From an uncultured Clostridia bacterium (GTDB lineage Bacteria; Bacillota; Clostridia; Christensenellales; UBA1242), in the NCBI GenBank assembly GCA_934754375.1, contig CAKVHT010000001.1:24532-88531 (forward strand): DNA of 64,000 nt. The letters are read 5' to 3'. Below the pieces are notes generated by a model, which searched no databases, was not told the DNA's origin, and worked only from the letters and a program-made list of their open reading frames with translations. Below are positions 36,939 to 47,442 of this stretch, piece by piece (the first letter of the stretch is position 1; each line of letters opens with the position of its first letter). Both the position numbers and the translations under genes were made by a program.

Positions 36939-37017
36939 ACACATAATTTTAATATTAAAAAATTAAACCAATTTGAATTATTAAATCTCCAAAGGTTTAA
37001 TAACAAGATAGAATATT

Positions 37018-37048
37018 AAAAAATATCGGTTAATGCCGATATTTTTTT
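37018..37048. terminator. bidirectional terminator (GLUG paralog 2 / HU, convergent)
   Basis: aaaa-aatatcgg-ttaatg-ccgatatt-ttttt. Confidence 0.75.
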
Positions 37049-37096
37049 GCTAGGATTAAACCGTTTTAAGCCCGAGGCTTATGCAGTTTGCAAAAA

Positions 37097-37381
37097 TTAT
37101 TTCTTCAACAATTGTTTGAAAGAAGCACTCAACTTAACAGTTGGCACTTTGCAAGCTGAAACTTTAACTTTTTCTTTTGTGAATGGGTTAAGTTTTGTTT
37201 GAGCTTTGCGTTCTTTGATGCCAAAGTTCATATAACCAATGAAATGGCATTCTTTACCAGCCTTAAGGTTGGCTTTAAGTTCTTCACCAGCTGCATTAAG
37301 GATAGCCTTAACTTGAACTTGTGAGTAACCTGTTGCTTCAGCAACTTGTTTGATGAATTCTCCTGCACTAACTGTGTTCAT
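37097..37381 (-). CDS. hup: DNA-binding protein HU
   Basis: Start moved to ATG 37381 (AAGGAGA SD). 94 aa: MNTVSAGEFIKQVAEATGYSQVQVKAILNAAGEELKANLKAG..., HU/IHF fold with a beta-arm. Confidence 0.9.
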   Translation of the reverse strand: MNTVSAGEFIKQVAEATGYSQVQVKAILNAAGEELKANLKAGKECHFIGYMNFGIKERKAQTKLNPFTKEKVKVSACKVPTVKLSASFKQLLKK

Positions 37382-37601
37382 AATTTTTCTCCTTTTCGTA
37401 TGGGATTTTTGCCCCTTACCTATAAAAATGCTAACAAAAACATGTTCAAAAAGCAACTAAATTGACTATAAATAATAAGTTTTTGCGCCAAAAAGCCTTA
37501 AAAATAGGTTGTTTGGATAGGATTTGTTGTTTTGTAGCCTTTAAAATAGGTGATTTTGATAAAATCGTCTTTATTAAAATTATCAAAGTTTTTTTAAATT
37601 A

Positions 37602-37630
37602 TTGCTTTTTCTACGCGCGTGTGTTATTAT
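37602..37630 (+). promoter_or_regulatory. promoter TTGCTT-17-TATTAT upstream of typA
   Basis: TTGCTT 37602-37607, 17 nt, TATTAT 37625-37630. About 100-nt leader. Confidence 0.4.
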
Positions 37631-37730
37631 ATAAATTAATCTATAAAACAAGTAACAATTTAAACAATTTAACCCTGTTGCTCATTTGAGATGAAGATAT
37701 ATTTTAAAAGAAAAGGACAAAATTATTTTT

Positions 37731-39548
37731 ATGGATATTAGAAATATAGCAATTATTGCGCACGTTGACCACGGCAAAACAAGTTTAGTTAATGCCTTGC
37801 TTAAACAAGGTGGTATTTTTAGAGACAATCAAGAAGTTCAGGACAGAGTGATGGACTCTAACGCATTGGAACGTGAACGTGGAATTACAATTTTAAGCAA
37901 AAACTGTTCCGCTTTTTTTGGCGACACAAAAATCAACATTGTTGACACTCCGGGACACGCTGACTTTGGTGGCGAAGTTGAACGTGTGCTTAAAATGGTT
38001 GATGGTGTATTGTTGGTTGTTGATGCCTTTGAAGGCCCAATGCCTCAAACACGTTTTGTGCTTGAAAAGGCGCTTGAACTCAATTTGAAAGTCATTATTG
38101 TTATCAACAAAATCGACCGTCCAGATGCACGTCTTGATGTTGTTGCTGATGAGGTGCTTGAATTGATGCTCGACCTTAACGCAACTGATGAGCAACTTAT
38201 GTGCCCAATCATTTATGCTAGCGCTCGAACTGGTGTTGCTACAACCGATTATCACAAACCAGGCACAGATATGAAGCCATTGTTTGAAGCAATAGTCAAT
38301 TACATTGATCCACCAAAAATGGACGTCAATGCACCATTCCAAATGTTGGTTTCAAGCACAGAACAAAACGACTTTTTAGGCAAGCTTGCAGTTGGAAAAA
38401 TTGAATCAGGTACACTCAAATTAAATCAAACTGTATATATTAAAAACTATTTTGATGAGACAAAAAAATATCAAGGTAAAGCAGTTAATATTTTCAATTT
38501 TGATGGTTTAAAACGTGACCCTATTGAATTAGGCACGGCTGGCGATATTGTTTGTATAGCAGGTATCCCAGATATCACTATTGGTGACACAATCAGCGAA
38601 ACACCTGACATGTCAGCTCTTCCATTTGTTAAAATCAGTGAACCAAGTGTTGAAATGACATTTATGGTTAATGATAGCCCATTTGCAGGCAAAGAGGGCA
38701 AATATGTAACAAGCCGTCATCTTAAAGACCGTTTGTATAAAGAAGCTGTCAAAGATTTGTCATTACAAGTTAGTGATGGCGATACAGCAGACCAATTTAA
38801 AGTGCGTGGTAGGGGTGAAATGCACCTATCTATCCTTATTGAAAATATGCGTCGTGATGGATACGAATTCCAAGTTAGCCGTCCACGTGTATTGTTTAAG
38901 AATATTGATGGTGTTAAATGTGAACCTATTGATAAACTTGTTATTGATGTGCCAGAAGATTGCGTTGGTGCAATCATGATGAGCATGGGTGTAAAAAAAG
39001 GCGAACTTATAAGCATGACACCTATTGGCAGTCGTATGCGTTTGCAATTCTTGGTGCCTAGCCGAGGATTGTTTGGTTATAAGTCACAAATGCTTACAGA
39101 TACCCGTGGTGAAGGTGTTATGAGTTTTGTGTTTGATAGTTATCAACCATACAAAGGAGACATTGAAGGCAGAGACTTTGGCTCACTCATCAGTTATGAA
39201 ACTGGCGAAGCAATCACTTATGGTTTGTTTAATGCTCAAGGTAGAGGTAGATTGCTTGTTGGTCCAGGCGACAAAGTCTATATGGGACAAGTTGTTGGTG
39301 CAAACCCAAAAGGCGAAGATATTGTTGTTAATGTTTGCAAAAAGAAGCAACTTACAAACACACGTAGCAGTGCAAGTGATGATGCGCTTAAACTTACACC
39401 AATCAAACCTTTGACATTGGAAGAAGCACTTGAGTTTATTGCTGAAGACGAACTTGTGGAAATTACACCACAAAGTGTTCGTATCAGAAAGAGAATACTT
39501 GACCATTCACTTCGTGCAAAAGCTAGAAAACCTGTTGTGGAGGATTAA
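37731..39548 (+). CDS. typA: translational GTPase TypA/BipA
   Basis: 605 aa. [14 protein letters not shown]1 motif, [17 protein letters not shown], and the BipA-specific C-terminal domain. Confidence 0.95.
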   Translation: MDIRNIAIIAHVDHGKTSLVNALLKQGGIFRDNQEVQDRVMDSNALERERGITILSKNCSAFFGDTKINIVDTPGHADFGGEVERVLKMVDGVLLVVDAFEGPMPQTRFVLEKALELNLKVIIVINKIDRPDARLDVVADEVLELMLDLNATDEQLMCPIIYASARTGVATTDYHKPGTDMKPLFEAIVNYIDPPKMDVNAPFQMLVSSTEQNDFLGKLAVGKIESGTLKLNQTVYIKNYFDETKKYQGKAVNIFNFDGLKRDPIELGTAGDIVCIAGIPDITIGDTISETPDMSALPFVKISEPSVEMTFMVNDSPFAGKEGKYVTSRHLKDRLYKEAVKDLSLQVSDGDTADQFKVRGRGEMHLSILIENMRRDGYEFQVSRPRVLFKNIDGVKCEPIDKLVIDVPEDCVGAIMMSMGVKKGELISMTPIGSRMRLQFLVPSRGLFGYKSQMLTDTRGEGVMSFVFDSYQPYKGDIEGRDFGSLISYETGEAITYGLFNAQGRGRLLVGPGDKVYMGQVVGANPKGEDIVVNVCKKKQLTNTRSSASDDALKLTPIKPLTLEEALEFIAEDELVEITPQSVRIRKRILDHSLRAKARKPVVED

Positions 39549-39817
39549 TGAGACCTGTTGACCAGCGAAATCAAACATACAATAAGGCGATGAAAGTTGC
39601 AAAACGCATTGCAATAACAATTTTATGTTGTTTGCCATTTTTGGTTGTATTTGCTTATCTTACAAGGAATGTGATAACAAGTAATTTTTGGCAAATATTC
39701 ATTTTTATCGCAGTTATGGCAGTGGCTGTTTTGATTGAAGAATTGATTGCTAGGGCAAAACTAAAACGCAAGCAAGCAGAAGAAATGCTGGGCACAAAAA
39801 AGGATGTGTTTAAATAA
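39548..39817 (+). CDS. small two-TM membrane protein (89 aa)
   Basis: ATG overlaps the typA stop (TAATG). Two hydrophobic helices and a basic C-terminus. Confidence 0.5.
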   Translation: MRPVDQRNQTYNKAMKVAKRIAITILCCLPFLVVFAYLTRNVITSNFWQIFIFIAVMAVAVLIEELIARAKLKRKQAEEMLGTKKDVFK

Positions 39818-39880
39818 TCTTAAAGACACCACAATTTTAACAATACTACTTAAATTAATGTTGATTTAAAAGGAGACCTT

Positions 39881-41311
39881 ATGCCAAAAGAAAAAGTTGC
39901 AAGAATGTTGCCAAATGATTTGGAAGCAGAACAAGCATTATTGGGTTGCTTGTTCTTATCTCAAGATGCTTGCATGGAAGTCTTTTCCATGATAAAACCG
40001 ACTGATTTTTACTCAAACGCACATCAAAAGATATATCAGGCGATGTTGGTAAATTATTCAAAAGATATTCCAAATGATTACATCACAGTTAGCAAAATGT
40101 TGACAAACAATGGACAACTTGAAGAAGTTGGCGGTTTGGGTTACATCACTGATCTTACCAACTTTGTGCCAAGTGCAGCAAATTTCAAACATTATGCAGA
40201 AATCGTTAAAAATGATGGCACTTTGCGTGAAGTTATTCAAGCCAGTGAACAAACAATCAATGATGCTTTTGAAGGCAAAACTGCGAAGGAAGTGCTTGAA
40301 AGAGCTGAAAAATTTATTTTTGATATTTCTCAAACAAGGCGCACAAGCGAGTTGGAACATATCCGTGTTGGCGTAACAGAAGCCATTGACCTTATGGAAA
40401 AATTGGCTATCGACCCTAACGCAAACATGGGTGTTAAAGTTGGCTTCCCAACACTTGACCGTATGACAAATGGTTTTAAAGATGGCGAACTTATCATTAT
40501 TGCAGCCCGTCCAGGTATCGGTAAAACAACTTTGGCAGTCAATTTTGCAATTAATGCAGCCTTAAAGCATGGCAAATCTGTTGCAATGTTTGACCTTGAA
40601 ATGTCTGCTTTACAAGTGGCACAAAGATATATGTGTGCAACAGGTAGAGTTCCTATGGACAATGTAAAATCAGGAACAAAAGATAACAATATTTGGAACA
40701 CAATCTTTGAAACTAAAAAGATATTGGAAAACACAAATATTTATATCGATGACACAACAACCATCACTCCAAGCGAAATCTTGTCAAAATGCCGCAGATT
40801 AAAAGCACAACATGGGCTCGATATGATTATTATTGACTATTTGCAATTGATGAAGAGTGAACGTGTAACAAAAGATAATAACCGTCAACAAGAAGTTGCA
40901 GATTTAACACGTAGCATTAAACTTGCTGCCCGTGAATTGCATGTGCCAATTATCTTGTTGTCACAGTTGAACCGTGAAAGCGAAAAACGTGCTGATAAAA
41001 CTCCACAATTGAGTGATCTTCGTGAATCTGGTTCTATTGAACAAGATGCGGATATTGTTATGTTTATTGCTGACACTGCACTCGAAGACGTGCCAGACAC
41101 AAATGATGGTTCAAAAGATTATTCGCTTGTTATTGCAAAACATCGTAATGGTGAACGTGGCAATATTCCAATTAAATTTAAAGGCGAATACACACAATTT
41201 TATGAACCAGGCAAAGATAATTTATACACAAAAAACACCAGCAAGGTTCAAAAAGATAATGTTATGACAGCGGTTGTTGATAAAGACATAGATGATGCAT
41301 TTGGTGAATAA
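39881..41311 (+). CDS. dnaB: replicative DNA helicase DnaB
   Basis: 476 aa. PNDLEAEQALLGCLF N-terminus, Walker A ARPGIGKTT, IIIDYLQLM, SQLNRESEKR, and LRESGSIEQDAD. No intein. Confidence 0.95.
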   Translation: MPKEKVARMLPNDLEAEQALLGCLFLSQDACMEVFSMIKPTDFYSNAHQKIYQAMLVNYSKDIPNDYITVSKMLTNNGQLEEVGGLGYITDLTNFVPSAANFKHYAEIVKNDGTLREVIQASEQTINDAFEGKTAKEVLERAEKFIFDISQTRRTSELEHIRVGVTEAIDLMEKLAIDPNANMGVKVGFPTLDRMTNGFKDGELIIIAARPGIGKTTLAVNFAINAALKHGKSVAMFDLEMSALQVAQRYMCATGRVPMDNVKSGTKDNNIWNTIFETKKILENTNIYIDDTTTITPSEILSKCRRLKAQHGLDMIIIDYLQLMKSERVTKDNNRQQEVADLTRSIKLAARELHVPIILLSQLNRESEKRADKTPQLSDLRESGSIEQDADIVMFIADTALEDVPDTNDGSKDYSLVIAKHRNGERGNIPIKFKGEYTQFYEPGKDNLYTKNTSKVQKDNVMTAVVDKDIDDAFGE

Positions 41312-41971
41312 ATGGCAACAATCATATTTGATTTTGACGGAACTTTAACAATAGAAAATAAAAACCTTTGGCGCAGGCTTTGGGACTGTTTGGGATATAA
41401 AACCGATGATGGTTCGTATTATAAGCAACTTTACAAAGACTTTGAAAACAAAAAGATCACGCATTCAGATTGGTGCAAGTTGACATGCCAAGCATATCAA
41501 GCAAATCATTTAACAAAATGCCAATTTGATGGTATTGTTTCTAGCATAATATTAAAACCTGATGCTAGCGATATGATAAAAAAATTGTATTCACAAGGGC
41601 ACAATCTTCATATTGTAAGTGGCAATATATATGAGGCTATAATGCAAGTATTGGGAGATTTAGCCCCAATGTTTAGTTCTATAAATGCCAACCATTTTGT
41701 GTTTAACAATGCTGGCGAACTTCAACAAGTTGTTGGTACCAAATATGACTTTGAAGGCAAGGCAAAATTCATAAATGAATTGTGTCAGCAACAAAATATT
41801 TCAAAAAGCCAAGTTTATTTTGTTGGTAATGGCAAAAATGATGAATGGGTGCATTTGTCAGGTTGCAAAACAATTTGCATAACACCAGAAAAGGATGTTT
41901 CAGTTGACGACAAAACAAAATGGAACAAACAAATAGATAATTTAATAAATGTTACAGATTTAATTGTTTAA
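41312..41971 (+). CDS. HAD-superfamily hydrolase (phosphoserine-phosphatase-like subfamily)
   Basis: IIFDFDGTLT motif I, VSGN, and GNGKNDE motif. ATG directly abuts the dnaB stop. Confidence 0.7.
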   Translation: MATIIFDFDGTLTIENKNLWRRLWDCLGYKTDDGSYYKQLYKDFENKKITHSDWCKLTCQAYQANHLTKCQFDGIVSSIILKPDASDMIKKLYSQGHNLHIVSGNIYEAIMQVLGDLAPMFSSINANHFVFNNAGELQQVVGTKYDFEGKAKFINELCQQQNISKSQVYFVGNGKNDEWVHLSGCKTICITPEKDVSVDDKTKWNKQIDNLINVTDLIV

Positions 41972-41990
41972 GATTTTAAAAGGAGAAATT

Positions 41991-42410
41991 ATGATTTTAG
42001 AACAAATTAAAAAAGATAACGTTCAAGCAATGAAAGACCACGATGCTTTGGCACGTGCCATTTATGGTGTGGTTATGAACAAATGCTTGCTTGCAAGTAT
42101 TGAACTTAAAAAAGACGGCAAAGAATTGACAGATGTTGACACAATTCAAATTATTCAAAAGACAATCAAAGAATTGACAGAAGAAAAAGAGAATTATATC
42201 AAAGCAGGCAACACAACAGAAGCAGACAATATTGATCGTCAAAAAGCAATTATTGAAAAATATTTGCCACAAATGTTAAGTGAAGAAAAGATTAGAGAAA
42301 TCATTGCAGAATTGGAAGATAAATCAATCCCTAGCATCATGAAACACTTTAAAGCGAATTATGCTGGAAAAGTTGACATGGGCTTGGTAAATCGTATCGC
42401 TCGTGGCTAA
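41991..42410 (+). CDS. yqeY: GatB/YqeY domain protein
   Basis: Start moved to ATG 41991 (AAGGAGA SD). MILEQIKKDNVQAMKDHD... with the typical YqeY helical repeats and C-terminal GKVDMGLVNRIAR. Confidence 0.8.
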   Translation: MILEQIKKDNVQAMKDHDALARAIYGVVMNKCLLASIELKKDGKELTDVDTIQIIQKTIKELTEEKENYIKAGNTTEADNIDRQKAIIEKYLPQMLSEEKIREIIAELEDKSIPSIMKHFKANYAGKVDMGLVNRIARG

Positions 42411-42447
42411 ACTTTAAAAATTTTTGCACACAGCAAAGGGGTTAAAT

Positions 42448-43032
42448 GTGGAAAAGTTAGTAAACACTTCAAAGATGATTCACGACAAAATCATCAAAAC
42501 CATGATAAAACCATTAAAAAAGGTTGAAATCAATCAAATAATTGATTCAGGCAGTGGAAAAATCAGTGCAAGTATTTTGCTTAAATATTTCCCTAATGCT
42601 CATGTTGATGCGGTAATTTATCCTGGCGATAATCGCAAAAAAAATCCACTTAAATCTGCCATTGGAAGCAAACGTCTAGATGTTATTGAAACAGACATTT
42701 GCACTTCCTGCATACGCAAAAAGTATGATTTTTGTTTGGCTCATTTAGTCTTGGGCGAAGCATCAAATTTTGGCAATTCATTTGAAAATTTGTTTCACCA
42801 AATCATGGATATCCGCAGTCATTATTTTTTGATTGTTGATGTGTGGGAAGATCCTTGTGTGCACTTTAGATATATTGAGCAATATCTGCGTGAAAAAGGG
42901 TTCAAAATCATAAAAAAAAGAAAATTCCGCAATCCACATCCAGAACATTATCCAAAAACAAAGTTGGATAAATATAAACTTGAGTTTGACAGCAAGCATT
43001 TTATGTCCTATTTAATTGCAAGAATTAAATAG
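42448..43032 (+). CDS. hypothetical protein, possibly a Rossmann-fold methyltransferase
   Basis: Start uncertain (GTG 42448 after AAGGGG, or ATG 42475). The only hint is a motif-I-like IIDSGSGKIS, so the functional call is weak. Confidence 0.4.
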   Translation: MEKLVNTSKMIHDKIIKTMIKPLKKVEINQIIDSGSGKISASILLKYFPNAHVDAVIYPGDNRKKNPLKSAIGSKRLDVIETDICTSCIRKKYDFCLAHLVLGEASNFGNSFENLFHQIMDIRSHYFLIVDVWEDPCVHFRYIEQYLREKGFKIIKKRKFRNPHPEHYPKTKLDKYKLEFDSKHFMSYLIARIK

Positions 43033-43115
43033 GTACGGATTTATCTGCCATTTAATAAAAAATAAAAAAAACCTAAACATCGGGTTTTTTATCAAAAACG
43101 TAAAAGGAGAAAAAC

Positions 43116-44693
43116 ATGAAAAACACATTTTACATAACAACACCAATTTACTATCCAAGCAACAAATTGACACTTGGCAATTGCTACACAACAGTTGTAT
43201 GTGACAGTTTGGCAAGGTTTAATCGAATGTGTGGCAAAGATGTTTTTTACCTTACAGGCACTGATGAACACGGCCAAAAAATTGAAAAGAAAGCATTGGC
43301 ATGTGGCAAACCTGAAATGGAATATCTTAATGAAATAATTGATGATACAAAAGCACTTTGGGCAATGCTTGATATTTCTTATGACAAATTTATCCGCACA
43401 ACAGATGATTACCACATAAAAACAGTTCAAAAAATATTCACTCGCCTTTATGAAAATGGTCAAATTTACAAATCAAGTTATAAGGGATTATATTGCACAC
43501 CTTGCGAAAGTTTTTGGACAGAAGAACAATTGGTTGATGGCAAATGCCCAGACTGTGGCAGGCCGGTTGAACCAATGGAAGAAGAAGCATATTTCTTCCG
43601 TTTAAGCGAGTATCAAGATAAGATTTTAGATCTGTACAAAACAAATCCAAACTTTTTGCGTCCACAATCACGTGTGAATGAAATGATTAATAATTTCATC
43701 AAACCTGGTCTTAAAGATTTGTGTGTGAGCCGTACAAGTGTAAAATGGGGTGTTCCAGTTGAGTTTGATCCAAAGCATACAATTTATGTTTGGATTGACG
43801 CTTTGCCAAATTATCTTTCAGCGCTTGGTTATTTGCAAGATGATGAAACCAATTTCAACAAGTTTTGGCCAGCTGATGTGCATGTTGTTGGCAAAGAGAT
43901 TGTTCGTTTTCATGCTATTATTTGGCCTGCAATTTTGATGGCTTTAAATTTGCCTCTTCCAAAACAAATTTATGGACATGGTTGGTTGTTGTTTGGCAAT
44001 GATAAATTGAGCAAATCTAAAGAAACAGGCAAAAAAGAAGTTATAGATCCACGTGTGCTTGTTGCAAGATATGGGTTGGATAGTGTTCGCTTGTTCTTGA
44101 CAAAAGAAATTCAATTTGGACAAGATGGTCCTTATAGCCAAGATTTGTTTTTAAATTCTTTCAATACAAACCTTGCAAATGAATATGGCAACCTTGTTTC
44201 TCGCACTTGCGGCATGATTGGCAAATATTTAAATGGTGTTTTGAACAAAGCAGGTGTTTTAACTGAAGTTGATGATGCTTTTGTGGCAGAAATTCGTGCA
44301 AAACGTAAGAAAGTGTTTGCCCAAATGGAAGATATCAATCCAAGTGGAGCATTAAATACTATTTTTGAGATGTTCTCACGTACAAATAAATATATTGATG
44401 AAACTGCACCATGGGCATTGTTTAAAAACGGTGAATTGGAACGTATCAACACTGTTATGAACTTGATAAGCGAAGCTATTATAATTGCCAACACTTTGCT
44501 TTTACCATTCTTAACTGATAAGCCAAAGAAAGTGTATTCAAACTGGGGTCTGGAATTGCCAATCTCATTTGAAAAATATGCTGATTTTGGATTTATTCAA
44601 AACGGCACTCAAGTTATTAAAGGCGAAAATTTATACCAACGTTTGGACATAAATAAAGAGATAGAAGAACTTAACAAATTAGCCAATGAATAA
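43116..44693 (+). CDS. metG: methionine--tRNA ligase (short form, no C-terminal tRNA-binding domain) with a non-canonical HIGH motif
   Basis: FYITTPIYYPSNKLTLGNCYTT..YLTGTDEHGQKI, Zn knuckle CTPCES...CPDCG, and KLSKS (KMSKS). The HIGH position reads TLGN (43170-43181). Confidence 0.9.
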   Translation: MKNTFYITTPIYYPSNKLTLGNCYTTVVCDSLARFNRMCGKDVFYLTGTDEHGQKIEKKALACGKPEMEYLNEIIDDTKALWAMLDISYDKFIRTTDDYHIKTVQKIFTRLYENGQIYKSSYKGLYCTPCESFWTEEQLVDGKCPDCGRPVEPMEEEAYFFRLSEYQDKILDLYKTNPNFLRPQSRVNEMINNFIKPGLKDLCVSRTSVKWGVPVEFDPKHTIYVWIDALPNYLSALGYLQDDETNFNKFWPADVHVVGKEIVRFHAIIWPAILMALNLPLPKQIYGHGWLLFGNDKLSKSKETGKKEVIDPRVLVARYGLDSVRLFLTKEIQFGQDGPYSQDLFLNSFNTNLANEYGNLVSRTCGMIGKYLNGVLNKAGVLTEVDDAFVAEIRAKRKKVFAQMEDINPSGALNTIFEMFSRTNKYIDETAPWALFKNGELERINTVMNLISEAIIIANTLLLPFLTDKPKKVYSNWGLELPISFEKYADFGFIQNGTQVIKGENLYQRLDINKEIEELNKLANE

Positions 44694-44751
44694 ACCTACA
44701 TTTTGGTTTTGGCTTTGCAAATTAAACCTTAACAATCATTGTTATAAAATT

Positions 44752-44783
44752 AAAAAAACAGCATTAAGTTATGCTGTTTTTTT
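44752..44783. terminator. bidirectional terminator (metG / 97-aa gene, convergent)
   Basis: aaaaaa-acagcat-taagtt-atgctgt-tttttt. Confidence 0.75.
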
Positions 44784-44786
44784 GTT

Positions 44787-45080
44787 TTACAGGCTTGTTT
44801 CAATTACACCATTAAGTTCCACATCATTGACGATATTTCTTGCGTTAGACCTGATTGAATATAATCTGCTTGTCCATTTCTTGATTTGAAGAATGGTGCT
44901 TATTGAATCTGGTTTGCAGTTTGCTTTTGCAATTTTGAGTTCTTCAATATAATCAGAGCATTTATCAATGATGGTATTCAATTGCTTCATGGCTTTTTTA
45001 TTGTTTTTTGTGTAAGTGGAAGAAACACTTCTTCTTGCCTCTATAAAATCTTTACACAATTGATCAATTTTTTCTTGCAT
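44787..45080 (-). CDS. hypothetical helical protein (97 aa)
   Basis: AGGAGC SD. No recognisable motifs. Confidence 0.45.
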   Translation of the reverse strand: MQEKIDQLCKDFIEARRSVSSTYTKNNKKAMKQLNTIIDKCSDYIEELKIAKANCKPDSISTILQIKKWTSRLYSIRSNARNIVNDVELNGVIETSL

Positions 45081-45463
45081 TTTTTGCTCCTATTTTTTTT
45101 ATCAAGCAGAGTATAACACACCAACAAATAAATTGCAATAGCTAAAGATAAATATTAAAAAATATTTTTTTAAATTTGCTGATATCTGATTTTCATTTAA
45201 ATTGGCATTAATTATTTTATTGTTGTTTTTAATATTTATCTTAAATTGTTTATTATCAGTATTAAATAATAAAAAAAAATATTATATTTAAATCATAAAT
45301 TAATAAAATCTGTTTTTTAGTTGCTTTTTCTTTAATTTATTGATATAATTACATTATATTTATATAATGTAAATTTTTAGATAAATATTTATTTTTATTC
45401 AATAAAAATTTGCAATATAATTAATTTTGTGAAAAATTGTCACACATAATTTAAGGAGAATTT

Positions 45464-47422
45464 ATGCAAGACGAATTAAAAGTTACCGCTGACTATGGTG
45501 CGTCAGCCATTCAAGTATTGGAAGGGCTTGAACCAGTTAGAAAACGTCCAGGTATGTATATCGGTTCAACAGACGAACGAGGGCTTCACCATTTGGTTAC
45601 AGAAATTGTAGATAACTCAATTGACGAAGCCTTGGCAGGTTATTGCAATGAAATCAATGTTGAAATCAATCCGGATGGTTCTGTCAGTGTAACAGATAAT
45701 GGTCGTGGTATTCCAACAGGTATCCACGCAAAGGAAGGCATTTCAGCAGCAGAATTGGTATTAACCAAATTGCATGCAGGTGGTAAGTTTGGCGGGGGCG
45801 GATACAAAATCTCTGGTGGTTTGCACGGTGTTGGTCTTTCAGTCGTAAATGCTTTGAGCGAAACCTTGCTTTTGGATATTTATCAAAATGGTCATCATTA
45901 CACTCAAGAATACCACCGTGGTGTTCCAACTGATAGGCTCAAAGTTGCGGGCGATGTTCCAGCTGAAAAAACAGGCACAAAAGTAACATTCAAACCAGAC
46001 TATGAAATTTTTCCAGTGACAGAATTTAATTATGAATTGCTTAAATCTCGTTTACGTGAAATTGCATTCCTTAACAAAGGTTTGCGCATAACAATCAAAG
46101 ATGACCGTGAAGGCAAGGAACAAGATAATGTTTATCAATTTATGGGCGGCATTCAAGAGTTTGTTGCAGACTTAACAGAAAACAAGCAATGCGTTTTCCC
46201 TGAGCCAATCTATGTTGATAAAATTTATCATTACAAACGTAAAGATGAAAACGGTCAACCTCAACCAGCAACAACAGAAATTGAATTTAGTTTTCAATAT
46301 ACTGATACTTACACAGAAAATATTCACAGCTATTGCAACAACATCAACACTGAAGAAGGTGGCAAACACGTAGATGGCTTTAAAAACAGTTTGATGAAAA
46401 TTATTAACGATTATGCAACTGAAAATAAGATGCTTAAAGAAAAGCAAAAACTTTCCGGTGAAGATACTCGTGAAGGTATAGTTGCTGTTATATCTGTAAA
46501 AGTTGAAGAACCTCAATTTGAAGGCCAAACAAAAACAAAACTTGGCACAGATGAAATTAGAACTTTCGTTGGCAAAGCAATGGAAGAAACCTTCAAAGAT
46601 TATTTGGAAGAACACCCAAAAGAAAGCAAAGAACTTATCAACAAATGTTTGCTTTCACAACGTGCAAGAGAAGCAGCTAGAAATGCTCGTGAAGACACAA
46701 GGCGTAAATCTGCTTTGGAAGTTTCAACTTTGCCTGGCAAATTGGCAGATTGTAGTAGCAAAAATGCAAGCGAATGTGAAATCTTTATTGTCGAAGGGGA
46801 CTCTGCGGGTGGTACTGCAAAAAATTGCCGTGATAGGCATTATCAAGCAATTTTGCCTTTGCGTGGTAAAATTTTGAATGTAGAAAAAACAAGGCTTACT
46901 CGTGCACTTGAAAATGAAGAAATCAAATCTATGATAACCGCTTTTGGTTGTGGTATCTATGAAAATTGTGACCCTAAAAAGTTGCGCTATGACAAAATTA
47001 TTATTATGACCGATGCCGATGTCGATGGTAGCCATATTGAAATATTGATGTTGACATTCTTCTTTAGATATATGCGTCCGCTTATAGAAGAAGGACACGT
47101 ATATGTTGCTCAACCTCCACTTTATCGTGTTCAACGAGGCAAACAAATCAATTATTATTTCAGTGAAGAAGAAAAAGAACAGGCACTTGCGGGTGGTGAC
47201 AAGGGCTATGAAGTGCAACGTTACAAAGGTCTTGGTGAAATGGATACAGACCAACTTTGGGATACAACAATGAATCCACAAACTCGTACACTTAAAAAGG
47301 TTGTAATGAGCGATGCTTTGGCTTGCAATGAAGTATTTGACCTTTTAATGGGTGACCGTGTTGAAGGCAGACGTGAATTTATTGAATCACATGCAACATT
47401 GGTTAAAGACTTGGATATTTAG
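45464..47422 (+). CDS. gyrB: DNA gyrase subunit B
   Basis: 652 aa. YGASAIQVLEGLEPVRKRPGMYIG, GGLHGVG, EGDSAGG, and the PLRGKILNVE Toprim motifs. Confidence 0.98.
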   Translation: MQDELKVTADYGASAIQVLEGLEPVRKRPGMYIGSTDERGLHHLVTEIVDNSIDEALAGYCNEINVEINPDGSVSVTDNGRGIPTGIHAKEGISAAELVLTKLHAGGKFGGGGYKISGGLHGVGLSVVNALSETLLLDIYQNGHHYTQEYHRGVPTDRLKVAGDVPAEKTGTKVTFKPDYEIFPVTEFNYELLKSRLREIAFLNKGLRITIKDDREGKEQDNVYQFMGGIQEFVADLTENKQCVFPEPIYVDKIYHYKRKDENGQPQPATTEIEFSFQYTDTYTENIHSYCNNINTEEGGKHVDGFKNSLMKIINDYATENKMLKEKQKLSGEDTREGIVAVISVKVEEPQFEGQTKTKLGTDEIRTFVGKAMEETFKDYLEEHPKESKELINKCLLSQRAREAARNAREDTRRKSALEVSTLPGKLADCSSKNASECEIFIVEGDSAGGTAKNCRDRHYQAILPLRGKILNVEKTRLTRALENEEIKSMITAFGCGIYENCDPKKLRYDKIIIMTDADVDGSHIEILMLTFFFRYMRPLIEEGHVYVAQPPLYRVQRGKQINYYFSEEEKEQALAGGDKGYEVQRYKGLGEMDTDQLWDTTMNPQTRTLKKVVMSDALACNEVFDLLMGDRVEGRREFIESHATLVKDLDI

Positions 47423-47442
47423 TTAAGCAAAAAGGAAAAATT

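Noticed and set aside
43033-43115. T-box leader or riboswitch upstream of metG
   Set aside because: The spacer is only ~80 nt and holds just the terminator of the preceding gene and an SD. There is no specifier or antiterminator architecture.
45081-45463. AT-rich region upstream of gyrB as a replication origin
   Set aside because: I found no DnaA boxes by eye, and dnaA/dnaN/recF are absent from the window. AT-richness alone is common in this genome's intergenic regions (for example 22277-22595 and 50022-50331).
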